DNA of 64,000 nt from an uncultured Thermoplasmata archaeon (lineage in GTDB: Archaea; Thermoplasmatota; Thermoplasmata; UBA10834): contig CAVRDX010000001.1 in assembly GCA_963719945.1 (NCBI GenBank), forward strand, positions 205,087 to 269,086. Reading direction: 5' to 3'. Below are positions 20,075 through 29,647 of this stretch, piece after piece. The number at the start of each line of letters is the position of its first letter. The stretch's first letter is position 1. The position numbers and the translations under genes were made by a program. Under the pieces are notes generated by a model. The model saw only the letters and a program-made list of their open reading frames with translations. It did no database searches and was not told where the DNA came from.

Positions 20075-21766
20075 TCAATTCTTCTGGATGGTCATGACGG
20101 CTCCATTGCTTGCGGAGCTCACACCCTCTCTATATCTCGCGAGGTATCCGGACACCGCCACTTTTGGAGCCTTCCGCTCCTTCAGCCTTGATTTGACCTC
20201 CCTCTGGGAGATCAGCACCTCGATCTCTCTCTCGTCCAGATCGACCCGGATTATGTCTCCGTTCCTGACTGCGGCGATTGCTCCGCCGGAATAAGCCTCG
20301 GGCGATATATGGCCTATCGACAGTCCCTTCGTGCCTCCGGAGAATCGTCCATCCGTGATGAGCGCGACCGATTCCCCGAGACCAAGGCCAGCTATCATTG
20401 ATGTGGGGCCGAGCATCTCAGGCATGCCTGGAGCGCCCTGCGGTCCCTGGTATCGGATTATCACGGCGTCTCCAGCCTTTATCGCGCCCTTCATCATCGC
20501 ATTCGTCGCAGCCTTCTCGGTGTCGAAGACCTTCGCTGGGCCCTCGAAGCGCCTCATGGAATCAACGACCGCCGCCTGCTTGATCACGCATCCTTCCTCA
20601 GCAAGGTTGCCGTACAATATGGCTATGCCTCCTTCTTCGTGATACGCCTTATCGAGCGGTCTGATGACATCAGCATCAATTACGGAGGATGCCTTCGCGA
20701 TCTCGAGAGTCTTCCTCCCCGAGACCGTGTCTGTATTCTTCAGGGAGCCTGAAAGCCTGTTTAACACCGCGGGTATCCCGCCAGCTCTCTCGAAATCGTC
20801 CATGAAATGATGGCCTCCGGGTTTCAAGGCCACTATGTGTTTGGTCTCGCGGGAGAGCCTATCGAACACGGACAGTTCAAGATCCAGACCGAACTCTTTT
20901 GCTATCGCGACCAAGTGAAGACAAGTGTTCGTCGAACCGCCGATGGCGTTGTCGACCCTGATGGCGTTCTCGAGGCCATCCTTGGTGACTATGTCTCTTG
21001 GCCGGATGTCCTTCCTGACCAGCTCGACAGCGACTATTCCAGTTCTCCTGGCAGTGACCAGTTTCTCCTTTGAGATCGCATGCTCTGTAGCGGATCCCGT
21101 CAGGCTCATCCCCATCGCTTCGGTCAAACAGGCCATGGTGTTGGCCGTGAATAGTCCAGAGCACGATCCTGGTCCTGGACATGCGCGTCTCTCGATCTCG
21201 TCAAGGTCCTCCTGCGTGATCCTGCCTGCAGCGAGCTCACCGACCGCTTCGAATATGGATATCACATCGAGCTTGCGGTCCTTGTACTTCCCAGGCATCA
21301 TAGGTCCGCCTGTCAGCATGATTGCAGGTATGTTCAGTCTCCCTGCCGCCATGAGCATGCCAGGCGTTATCTTGTCGCAGTTGGTGACCCCTACCCATCC
21401 GTCCGCGACATGCGCTTCGACCATGGCCTCCACCGTGTCTGCGATTATCTCCCTAGATGGAAGCGAGTATCTCATGCCCTCCAATCCCATCGCTATTCCA
21501 TCACAGATGCCTGGTACCCCGAACTCGAAGGCGACTCCACCGGCCTCCTCGATGCCTTTCTTGACCTCGGCAACCAGCAGGTTCATGTGTATATGGCCAG
21601 GGACGATCGTGTTGTACGAGTTGGCGATTGCAATGATCGGTTTATCGAAATCCTCATCCTTCATACCGACCGCTCTGAACAATCCTCTCGCGGAAGCCCG
21701 CGAATTCCCTTTCTTCACCGCATCGCTCCTGAGCGTGGTGCCCTTGATATTCTGGACCAACCTCAT
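20075..21766 (-). CDS. ilvD: Dihydroxy-acid dehydratase
   Basis: 563-aa IlvD/EDD family protein with the CPGPGSCSG Fe-S motif and conserved sequence throughout. Confidence 0.9.
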   Translation of the reverse strand: MRLVQNIKGTTLRSDAVKKGNSRASARGLFRAVGMKDEDFDKPIIAIANSYNTIVPGHIHMNLLVAEVKKGIEEAGGVAFEFGVPGICDGIAMGLEGMRYSLPSREIIADTVEAMVEAHVADGWVGVTNCDKITPGMLMAAGRLNIPAIMLTGGPMMPGKYKDRKLDVISIFEAVGELAAGRITQEDLDEIERRACPGPGSCSGLFTANTMACLTEAMGMSLTGSATEHAISKEKLVTARRTGIVAVELVRKDIRPRDIVTKDGLENAIRVDNAIGGSTNTCLHLVAIAKEFGLDLELSVFDRLSRETKHIVALKPGGHHFMDDFERAGGIPAVLNRLSGSLKNTDTVSGRKTLEIAKASSVIDADVIRPLDKAYHEEGGIAILYGNLAEEGCVIKQAAVVDSMRRFEGPAKVFDTEKAATNAMMKGAIKAGDAVIIRYQGPQGAPGMPEMLGPTSMIAGLGLGESVALITDGRFSGGTKGLSIGHISPEAYSGGAIAAVRNGDIIRVDLDEREIEVLISQREVKSRLKERKAPKVAVSGYLARYREGVSSASNGAVMTIQKN

Positions 21767-23166
21767 ACCCCCAGTTTGAAATCTTCATGAAGTGCATTAA
21801 CTGCTTTGACCGCGTCCTTGCTCTTTATTATGCATGATATGTTGAGTTCGGATGAGCCTTGAGCGATGGCTCGGATGTTGATGTTCTCCTTTGCCATGGT
21901 GGAGAACACCCTGGCGGCGACTCCTGGAGTTCCTTTCATGCCCGCTCCGACCACTGCAATTATGCTCAACCCCGTCTCGATATTGACTTCTCTGACCTGC
22001 TTGGAACCCAGCAGGGAAAGCTCAAGCGCGTTCTGCGCCCCTGAGCCGCTCTCCTTCGGTATGGCGAGCGTGATACTCTCCTCTGAGGAACTCTGCGATA
22101 TCATCAGGACATCGATGTCCTCATCCGTTAGGATCTGCAGGACCTTGGCCGGAAGTCTTGGGGTGCCAACCATGCTCGCACCGCAGACTGTGATCAGGTC
22201 GACATCGTCTATGTTGGTGATCGCCTTCACTACATCGCCATCTTTGACCTTGACCTCGCTGACGATGGTGGATCCTGGTCTATCAGGGTCCGTCAGGCTC
22301 TTGACTCTGAACGGCAATTGATACTTGGCCGCGCATTCGAGCGCCTTCGGATGGATGATCTCAGCGCCGAAGTGTGCCAGTTCCATGGCTTCCGGGAATG
22401 AGATGCTGTCGATCATCCTGGCGTTCTTCACGATCTTCGGGTTCGCAGTCATGAGTCCGTCGACGTCCTTCCATACCCACACCTCGTCGGACCTTATCGA
22501 AGCGCCGATTATGGATGCGGTATAATCCGAACCTCCTCGACCGATTGTCGTCTGGATGCCCTCCTGGGTCTGGGCTATGAAACCGCTGACGATGGGTATG
22601 GTTCCCTCCTCCATGACCGGGCCGAGATTCTGTCTCACCTGGAGTATCGTCATGTTCATGAGCGGTTGGGCAGCGCCGAAATTGTCATCCGTCACTATTC
22701 CTGCCTCTCCACCAGAGATCGCCTTCGCCTTCATGTCCAGGTCTTCGAAAACACCTTGAAGCACGGGCGCTGCGAGTCTCTCACCGAAACCTATGACATA
22801 ATCCCGCGATCTCGGAGTGAGCTCACCTATGTGTGCGATGCCGAGCAGGATGTTCCGGAGGTCATCGCAAGTTGATGTTACGACGTGCAGGGTCTTGTCC
22901 AATATCTCACGGTTCTTGATTGCGCCTTCACAGGCCTTCCTGTGCCTGTCGGTGAGATCATCCACGTATTTCCGGACCTGCTCCTTGCGCCCTCGACCCG
23001 CTTGTGAAGCGGCATCTATCAGCGAGTTGGTCACGGAGTGCATGGCGGATGTGACGACTGCGATCTGGTCACCTCGCTCATGGAACTTGTGGACGATCGT
23101 GCCGACCTTCCTGAATCCCTCTCCGTCCGCAACGCTGACTCCTCCGAACTTCATCACCAATCTCAT
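21763..23166 (-). CDS. lysC: Aspartate kinase
   Basis: 467 aa. The N-terminus KFGGVSVADGEGF carries the amino-acid kinase motif, and there are C-terminal tandem ACT domains. Overlaps ilvD by 4 bp. Confidence 0.9.
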   Translation of the reverse strand: MRLVMKFGGVSVADGEGFRKVGTIVHKFHERGDQIAVVTSAMHSVTNSLIDAASQAGRGRKEQVRKYVDDLTDRHRKACEGAIKNREILDKTLHVVTSTCDDLRNILLGIAHIGELTPRSRDYVIGFGERLAAPVLQGVFEDLDMKAKAISGGEAGIVTDDNFGAAQPLMNMTILQVRQNLGPVMEEGTIPIVSGFIAQTQEGIQTTIGRGGSDYTASIIGASIRSDEVWVWKDVDGLMTANPKIVKNARMIDSISFPEAMELAHFGAEIIHPKALECAAKYQLPFRVKSLTDPDRPGSTIVSEVKVKDGDVVKAITNIDDVDLITVCGASMVGTPRLPAKVLQILTDEDIDVLMISQSSSEESITLAIPKESGSGAQNALELSLLGSKQVREVNIETGLSIIAVVGAGMKGTPGVAARVFSTMAKENINIRAIAQGSSELNISCIIKSKDAVKAVNALHEDFKLGV

Positions 23167-23193
23167 TGCTTACCAACTCTCGATGTGAATGTG

Positions 23194-24219
23194 CTACCTA
23201 GCGTATGCTCTGCGTATCTCTAGCAGGTCCCTGATCACAGAGGTCGCTGTCTCAGGACCTCCTGCGCCTTTGCCCACGAGTGTGACCTCACCTGAAGGGT
23301 ATGTGTCGAAGCAGATCGCGTTGAACGTGCCCGATACATTGAGCGGGTGTGTGAGTTTCACTCTCTGAGGAGAGACCGTTGCCTTGCCGTCAGTAACGCT
23401 GCCTATGAGCTTCATCGTCTCTCCTTCCGAAAGCGCTCTCTTGATGTCTTCGACGGAGAGGTCGGTGATCCCTCGTATATCGATTTCCTTGATGGAAAGA
23501 CCTGTGCCAAGCACATGGTTTGATGTTATCACGAGTTTACATGCGGTATCGAGTCCTTCTACGTCGTATGTGGGGTCGGCCTCAGCGTACCCCAACCGCT
23601 GAGCATCTGCGAGTGCATCCTTCATGGTGGCGGACTCGTTCGCCATCCTTGTGAGAATGTAATTGCAGGTACCATTCAGTATGCCCTTTATCGACCGGAC
23701 TTCGCTGCCCTCCAGACATTTCTTCGCGAAATCTAGGACAGGGGTCCCGCCTCCGACTGTGCCACTGAACTTGAGGATGATCTCGTTGTGATGGGCCAAC
23801 TCAATCAGGGCTGGCATCGCAAGGGCCAATGGGCCCTTGTTTGTGCATACGACATGACGCCCTTTCATCATAGCTGTCTTGAGGTGTGTCAGTCCTGGCT
23901 CGGCCGTCGTGATCTCCGTAGGGGTGGATTCGACTACGACATCGCAGTCCACTTCCTTGATGACTTGGGTACCGGTCATGCCTTCATGATATATGCCCCC
24001 GAATCCGCTCAGGTTTCCCTTGTCCTTCTTGGACTCGAGCGCCCTTCTGAGATCTATACCTGTCTGGGATATCGCAGCTCCTCTGCTGTCAACTATGCCA
24101 ACGATCTTCGGCTTCAATCCGTATCTTCTTGCAAGAGATTCTCCATCCGATTCGACTATCTCCGCGAAGCTCCTAGCGACGACTCCGAAACCGACGAGGA
24201 TTACTCTCAAATCAAGCAT
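23194..24219 (-). CDS. hom: Homoserine dehydrogenase
   Basis: 341 aa with an NAD-binding N-terminus (VILVGFGVVARSF) and a homoserine dehydrogenase catalytic domain. Confidence 0.85.
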   Translation of the reverse strand: MLDLRVILVGFGVVARSFAEIVESDGESLARRYGLKPKIVGIVDSRGAAISQTGIDLRRALESKKDKGNLSGFGGIYHEGMTGTQVIKEVDCDVVVESTPTEITTAEPGLTHLKTAMMKGRHVVCTNKGPLALAMPALIELAHHNEIILKFSGTVGGGTPVLDFAKKCLEGSEVRSIKGILNGTCNYILTRMANESATMKDALADAQRLGYAEADPTYDVEGLDTACKLVITSNHVLGTGLSIKEIDIRGITDLSVEDIKRALSEGETMKLIGSVTDGKATVSPQRVKLTHPLNVSGTFNAICFDTYPSGEVTLVGKGAGGPETATSVIRDLLEIRRAYAR

Positions 24220-25447
24220 CCTCCAGGAGTTTCTCGAGTGCCTTCATGTCCGCATCTATCACATGAGGTTTCGAGCATTGTTTGATCGCAGTGTCCGGGT
24301 CCTTCAGTCCGTGCCCCGTCGATATGCAGACTATCTTCGCTGATCTATCGATGAGCCCGCTCGCGACATCCTTCGCAAGGCCTGCGACAGCCGCTGCGCC
24401 CGCTGGCTCGGGGAATACCCCTTCCAGGGTCGCCATCAATCTCTGAGCGTCGAGTATCTCATCATCCGTGACGGTGAAAGCTGTTCCCTTTGATTCCTTG
24501 ATTGCCCTGACGGTCTTCTTCCAGTTAGCAGGGTTGCCTATCCTTATCGCAGTGGCAATCGTTTCAGGCTTCTGGACAGGGACCATCGTATCCACACCTT
24601 TCGCGAACATCTCGGCGATGGGGGCGGACCCGACCGCCTGGACTCCCCTGATCTCTGGACGGCCTGCGACGAGGTCTAGCGCCTCGTATTCTTTGAACCC
24701 TTTCCAGTAGGCGGACGAATTGCCTCCGTTCCCGACGGGCACATAGAGCGCATCCGGGCATGTACCTTCGAGTTGGTCGCACACCTCAAATGCGGCCGTC
24801 TTCTGTCCCTCGATCCTGAACGGGTTGACCGAGTTAAGGACATACATGCCGAGGGAATCCGATGATCTCATGACCATGTCAAGAGCCTGGTCGAAATTTC
24901 CCCGAACAGAGACGACAGTCGCTCCGTGCATCATCGCCTGTGCGAGCTTTCCCAGTGCCACCTTCCCTTCCGGTATCAGGACGACACATCTCACACCCGC
25001 GTGTCCTGCGTAGGCCGCGAGTGACGCAGAAGTGTTGCCGGTCGAAGCGCAGGTGACCACTTTCATCCCAAGCTCCATCGCCTTCGTGATTCCCATGGTC
25101 ATGCCGCGGTCTTTGAATGACCCCGTGGGATTTGTACCATCGAATTTGAGCCATAGATGGCTGAGGCCTAGATGTTCCGCAAGTCTGTCGCATCTGACTA
25201 GCGGCGTCCCTCCCTCTCCTCTCGTGTATATCCTGGTGTTCTCGGTTACCGGTAACAGTTCTCTGTACTTCCAGACCGATAGCCGCCTGGATGAGAAATC
25301 GGTCTTCGACAGCCTCTCCCTTGCGGAATCGATGTCGACGCTGATCTCCAGAAGATTGCCGCACGAGCTGCATGCATAGGCAGGCCTGGACATATCGTGG
25401 ACTCTTCCGCATTCCATGCACTTCATTTCAAAGAACGGCAAACGCAT
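24212..25447 (-). CDS. thrC: Threonine synthase
   Basis: 411 aa. An N-terminal zinc ribbon (CMECG...CSSCG) is followed by a PLP fold with the FKDRGMT lysine motif. Its end overlaps the hom start by 8 bp. Confidence 0.9.
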   Translation of the reverse strand: MRLPFFEMKCMECGRVHDMSRPAYACSSCGNLLEISVDIDSARERLSKTDFSSRRLSVWKYRELLPVTENTRIYTRGEGGTPLVRCDRLAEHLGLSHLWLKFDGTNPTGSFKDRGMTMGITKAMELGMKVVTCASTGNTSASLAAYAGHAGVRCVVLIPEGKVALGKLAQAMMHGATVVSVRGNFDQALDMVMRSSDSLGMYVLNSVNPFRIEGQKTAAFEVCDQLEGTCPDALYVPVGNGGNSSAYWKGFKEYEALDLVAGRPEIRGVQAVGSAPIAEMFAKGVDTMVPVQKPETIATAIRIGNPANWKKTVRAIKESKGTAFTVTDDEILDAQRLMATLEGVFPEPAGAAAVAGLAKDVASGLIDRSAKIVCISTGHGLKDPDTAIKQCSKPHVIDADMKALEKLLEDA

Positions 25448-25633
25448 TCCTCATGGGGCGCGCATGCTATGTTTAGAGTGAATATAAGCCCTTCGCACAT
25501 CTGGTCATCATCTTATTGGTGGTGCGAGCCATCTGGCAACGGCATTTTGCACAAATATGTCCATGGCGAGAATGTTCGATCACAGAGCTTCTTTAATATG
25601 CCTTTGTCTCATCCCCTCCGGTGGGGACAGATC

Positions 25634-26560
25634 ATGAGGTACAGCAAGGTGGTCATATCTTCGCCCGCGACTTTGGCGAATTTCGGTCCGGGATTCGATT
25701 CATTCGGATTGTGCTTGGGCTCTCCAAGGGACACAGTCACTATCCAATTGAAACAACCTGGCATACGCGAGGTCAAGGTATCTGGACGGAGCGGCATACC
25801 GACAGATCCTGAGAAGAACACCGCATCCTATGCTGCCATGCGTCTCGCCGATATGTGTGGATGCGAAGAATACGGTTTCTCGATGACCATCAAGAAAGGC
25901 ATGAAACCTGGCAGTGGTATTGGCAGCAGTGCTGCCTCGTCCGTCGGCGGAGCGCTCGCAATGGCTACGCTGATGGGCATGCGCGACGAATCGCTCATTC
26001 TCGAAGCGGCGGCCATGGGTGAGGAACTGATCGCAGGTGCTAGGCATTTCGATAATGTCGCTGCGGCGCTGCACGGAGGATTCACTGTGGTATCCGATGC
26101 TCGCAAGCGAACGATATTGAGGATCAAACCTCCGAACTTCCAGATCGTCGTCGTGCTTCCTGAGGTCTCCGTGGAGACACGCGAGGCGCGTGCGGTCCTT
26201 CCAAAATCAGTGCCGATGTCGGATGCCGTGAGCAATCTCTCCATGGCCTCTGGCATGGTATATGCGATGATAAAGCGCGATGTCCGCGCAGTTGGTGCAT
26301 ATCTCGAGGACACACTCTCTGTCCCATATAGGAAGAAGCTGGTGCCTGGGTTCGACGAAGTGCGAAAGAGCGCACTCGATTCCGGAGCGCTGGGTGTTTC
26401 CCTGGGAGGGTCCGGACCAGCGGTCTTCGCGATAGCTCTGGAAGACGCGTCGAAGATCAAGCGGGCAATGGTGCGCACGTTCCGGGAATCTTCCGGCCTT
26501 GAATCAGAGTCCTTCATAACGGTTCCTGGCGAAGGCGCCAGAGTTGTGAAGGTCTATTGA
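25634..26560 (+). CDS. thrB: Homoserine kinase (GHMP kinase family)
   Basis: It has the GHMP motif KPGSGIGSSAASSVGGALA. The ORF tracks back to 25397, but the internal ATG at 25634 (MRYSKVVISSPATLANFGPGFD) gives a canonical ~308-aa ThrB N-terminus. Confidence 0.8.
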   Translation: MRYSKVVISSPATLANFGPGFDSFGLCLGSPRDTVTIQLKQPGIREVKVSGRSGIPTDPEKNTASYAAMRLADMCGCEEYGFSMTIKKGMKPGSGIGSSAASSVGGALAMATLMGMRDESLILEAAAMGEELIAGARHFDNVAAALHGGFTVVSDARKRTILRIKPPNFQIVVVLPEVSVETREARAVLPKSVPMSDAVSNLSMASGMVYAMIKRDVRAVGAYLEDTLSVPYRKKLVPGFDEVRKSALDSGALGVSLGGSGPAVFAIALEDASKIKRAMVRTFRESSGLESESFITVPGEGARVVKVY

Positions 26561-26603
26561 CATGGCATGCCCGCCGCGCTGGAAACCGTTGGGCAATGTG
26601 ACA

Positions 26604-27569
26604 CTAGAATGCTATCTTCTCGCCGGGCACCCTCGGGAAGAGTGAGATGTCCCTCACGTGGCTCTGCCCTGTCAAGAATCTGATCATTCTCTCGATTCCA
26701 AGGCCGCCTCCGACGGTACGAGGTATCAATCCTTGCGTAGCCGCCTCGAGGTATCTCTTGTAGGCGTCCATGTTGGTCCTGCGTTCCATCATCTTGCGGA
26801 TGATCTCCTGGTACTCCCACTCCCTCTCGCCTCCGGAAAGGGCTTCGCCATATCCTTCTGGCCAGAAAACATCGTAGTTGTGGTAGTATCCCTTCCGCTC
26901 CTTGTCTTCCCTGTCGTAGAACTCGCGGCGGAAGTTCAGGACCCAGAACGGGTCCTTCTCCGTCTCGGATGCGACCTTCTCGAAATCATCGCCGTATTTC
27001 GCCTTCAATTCCTCGGATTCGAAGATCTTCAGAGGGAGCTTCGGAGTTTCCAGCTTCCTGTCGAGCGCTCTCAAATCATCCGAGCACTCCTTCTTGACGA
27101 ACTCGAAGACCTTCAAGATCATTCCATCGACGAGTTCCTTGAATTCCTTCTTGGTCTTGTCCTTCATCTCGATGTCTACCTGGGTGAACTCGAAAAGGTG
27201 CCTTCCCGTGGATCCCAGGTCGCCCTGCTCGAGCCTCACGTTCGGGGACATTATGTAGATCTTGTCGAAACCATCGTTCAGAAGAGCGAGCTGCTTGTGC
27301 ATTATCATGCTCTTTGTGAGATGCAGTCTCTGCCCGTAGTATTCCACCGATGCGTCGAAATGGGGATGGTTGAGGGGGTCGGTCTCAGGGGACAATATGA
27401 CTGGCATCGCTTGGACCACACGGTTCTCGTACATGTAATCGTGAATCGCTTTCAGAGCGGCACTCTGGATCCTGAGTATATGTCCCATCTTGCTCTCTTT
27501 CAGGTGCAATACGGTTTCCTGCATGCTTATCATCGACGAAAGACGACAAGTCGGGATAGTATTTGACAT
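26604..27569 (-). CDS. asnA: Archaeal-type asparagine synthetase A (AsnRS-like aspartate-ammonia ligase)
   Basis: 321-aa class II aaRS catalytic core with no anticodon-binding domain. The motif-3 region is GGGLGIERMIRFLTG. Other conserved blocks (LTKSMIMHKQLA, SPNVRLE, EFTQVD, GGEREWEY, FPRVPG) match archaeal AsnA. Confidence 0.75.
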   Translation of the reverse strand: MSNTIPTCRLSSMISMQETVLHLKESKMGHILRIQSAALKAIHDYMYENRVVQAMPVILSPETDPLNHPHFDASVEYYGQRLHLTKSMIMHKQLALLNDGFDKIYIMSPNVRLEQGDLGSTGRHLFEFTQVDIEMKDKTKKEFKELVDGMILKVFEFVKKECSDDLRALDRKLETPKLPLKIFESEELKAKYGDDFEKVASETEKDPFWVLNFRREFYDREDKERKGYYHNYDVFWPEGYGEALSGGEREWEYQEIIRKMMERRTNMDAYKRYLEAATQGLIPRTVGGGLGIERMIRFLTGQSHVRDISLFPRVPGEKIAF

Positions 27570-27642
27570 TTACTTCTATTTTAACGGAAACAATCCGAAT
27601 AAGGGCAATATTCATATAAGAAAGCCGTCATATTGACGGTTT

Positions 27643-28080
27643 ATGCTTGATGAGAAGGACTCGACCATACTCGAGGAGTTGATGAAAGACGCGAGGAAGA
27701 CCACCAAGGCGATAGCTCGCGAATTGGAGATCCCGAGGGCGACAGTCCATGACAGGATCGTCAAGATGGAGCAGAAGGGGATCATTCGCAAATACACGGC
27801 GCTCCCGGACTATTCCGCGCTGAGCCTGGGTGTCTCTGCTTTCATCCTCGTTCAGTTCGAGGCAGAGAAAGGGCTCTCTCAGAGGGACACGGCCGAAGAG
27901 ATCGCCACCATCCGTGGGATATTCGAAGTCCACATGATATCCGGAGAGTATGACATGCTCCTGAAAGTGCGCGGTTCAAGCATGGAAGAGATCGGCCAGC
28001 TGGTCATTGATAGATTGAGAGAAGTGAGAGGCGTGGCGCGCACGCTTACCTGCGCGTGCTTCACCACGGTAAAGGAATAA
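27643..28080 (+). CDS. Lrp/AsnC-family transcriptional regulator
   Basis: 145 aa with an N-terminal HTH (LDEKDSTILEELMKDARKTTKAIARELEIPRATVHDRI) and a C-terminal RAM/AsnC_trans domain. It is divergent from asnA. Confidence 0.85.
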   Translation: MLDEKDSTILEELMKDARKTTKAIARELEIPRATVHDRIVKMEQKGIIRKYTALPDYSALSLGVSAFILVQFEAEKGLSQRDTAEEIATIRGIFEVHMISGEYDMLLKVRGSSMEEIGQLVIDRLREVRGVARTLTCACFTTVKE

Positions 28081-28091
28081 TGAGTTTGCGG

Positions 28092-29534
28092 CTACCTGCT
28101 TCTCTTCTTGAGGAGCCTATCCACGGTCTCACCGAGTTCTTTTGGAACGGGTTCAACACGGTGCTCCTTGAATATGCGCCTGACTTCTTGTGCGGCGCGG
28201 TCGAGCAGTGTCTTCGAACCCTTCTGCGTCCACGAATCCCAGGATGTCCTGTCTGCCAGGGTCGGCATGAAATGCTCTGTCCTGAATTTCTCCACAGTGT
28301 GCCTCTGTCCTAGGTAATCCTTGCCGACGCCCACTTTATGGACGACATCCAGAGCTAGAGAATCCTCGTTTACTTCCATTCCTCTGGCCATCCGGCCAAT
28401 CATACGAGACATTTCCGAATCGATGACCAACTGCTCCAGCCAGACTGTCCTACAGTCCTCGAGCAATCCTATACCGGCAATCATGTCCGCTCCTGCAAGT
28501 ATTGGTGGTATAGCGCTTGCGAGTTTCTCTGCGGATGCCTGCTGGTCGGGTTCTTTGGATGTGGTGACAAAACCGCCCACGAGTGCAGGGAATCCGAAGT
28601 AATGCGCCATCTGCGCGTATGCAGCGGAAGTCAGACCGTGCTCAGGGCTTCCTCCCGCTCTCGTCGACGCTCTCATGTCCAAGTTGGCCATCCCGGCAGC
28701 GAAAACGAAAGATGTGCCAATCTGGTTCAACTGGAAGATCGTGTTGCCTGCCAGTGCCTCAGCAACCCCGACGGCCACCGATCCTGCGAGCGTCGCCGGA
28801 CCTGTCGCACCTGGTCCGGGCATCACATAGAAGCAGATCGGTATGCCTGCGTCTGCCGCCACGAACCCTGCTTCCAGTCCCTCACCCTCGATCTGAAGTG
28901 GCGATGAGCTGGTATGAATCGAAGATATGATCGGTCTCTTCCTCAGCTCGTCCCGTCCTCCGACTGCTGCGGAGGCGAGTTCGATGACATCTTCGACCTC
29001 CCATGAGGTAGTATCCGTTGCGATCGTGATGTGCTTCTCCGTATTCTCGAGTGATGCCTGAAGGTCGTGAATGTGCCTCGTCCCTTGAGGGACGTCCTGG
29101 GATGTGACGTTTGGCCAGTTGACGCCATGCCCTGATAGGGCATCGGAGATGAAAGCACTCTTTGCAACATCCGATTTCCGGGACTCCCTCCTCTGTCTGG
29201 TCTCGAAATCCATCGCCATGGTGCCGTTGCCGTCGCTGGCGACATATGTATGCTCACCGTCGAGCCGCGCATCGTGTTTCCTTGTCCTTCCATAGAACGT
29301 GACTGCTCTGTTGTTCTTCCTGGAGAGCTCCTCAACGAGCCCCTGAGGGAATTTTACGACTGCACTTTTCTTGTCAACATCGCAACCGGCATCTTGAAGC
29401 ATCTTCTGCGCTTTTTCGCTTCTGACAGCCACACCGGTCACTTCGAGGATCTCCAAGGCCGCGTAGTGGATCATCCGCATGTCGTCTTCGTTCAGGACAT
29501 TCCTCTTGTGCGATACGGTTATGCAATTCGCCAT
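28092..29534 (-). CDS. MttB-superfamily corrinoid-dependent methyltransferase, non-pyrrolysine homolog
   Basis: 480-aa uninterrupted ORF (no in-frame TAG) with conserved blocks across the whole length of MttB-fold (COG5598) TIM-barrel methyltransferases. It is a paralog of the adjacent 492-aa ORF. Confidence 0.8.
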   Translation of the reverse strand: MANCITVSHKRNVLNEDDMRMIHYAALEILEVTGVAVRSEKAQKMLQDAGCDVDKKSAVVKFPQGLVEELSRKNNRAVTFYGRTRKHDARLDGEHTYVASDGNGTMAMDFETRQRRESRKSDVAKSAFISDALSGHGVNWPNVTSQDVPQGTRHIHDLQASLENTEKHITIATDTTSWEVEDVIELASAAVGGRDELRKRPIISSIHTSSSPLQIEGEGLEAGFVAADAGIPICFYVMPGPGATGPATLAGSVAVGVAEALAGNTIFQLNQIGTSFVFAAGMANLDMRASTRAGGSPEHGLTSAAYAQMAHYFGFPALVGGFVTTSKEPDQQASAEKLASAIPPILAGADMIAGIGLLEDCRTVWLEQLVIDSEMSRMIGRMARGMEVNEDSLALDVVHKVGVGKDYLGQRHTVEKFRTEHFMPTLADRTSWDSWTQKGSKTLLDRAAQEVRRIFKEHRVEPVPKELGETVDRLLKKRSR

Positions 29535-29647
29535 TCGTCATCCCCCAAGATTGAATCTATCTCATTATGTGCTATTTATTGGAAACGCGATAATCTGAAA
29601 AGTGATTATCGAGGCCGGGCGGAAGACCGCACCGGCCTTGAATAGGT

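Noticed and set aside
25397-25633. Long N-terminal extension of thrB in the ORF track
   Set aside because: The canonical homoserine kinase N-terminus begins at the internal ATG at 25634. The upstream 79 codons overlap the thrC start region on the opposite strand and have no similarity.
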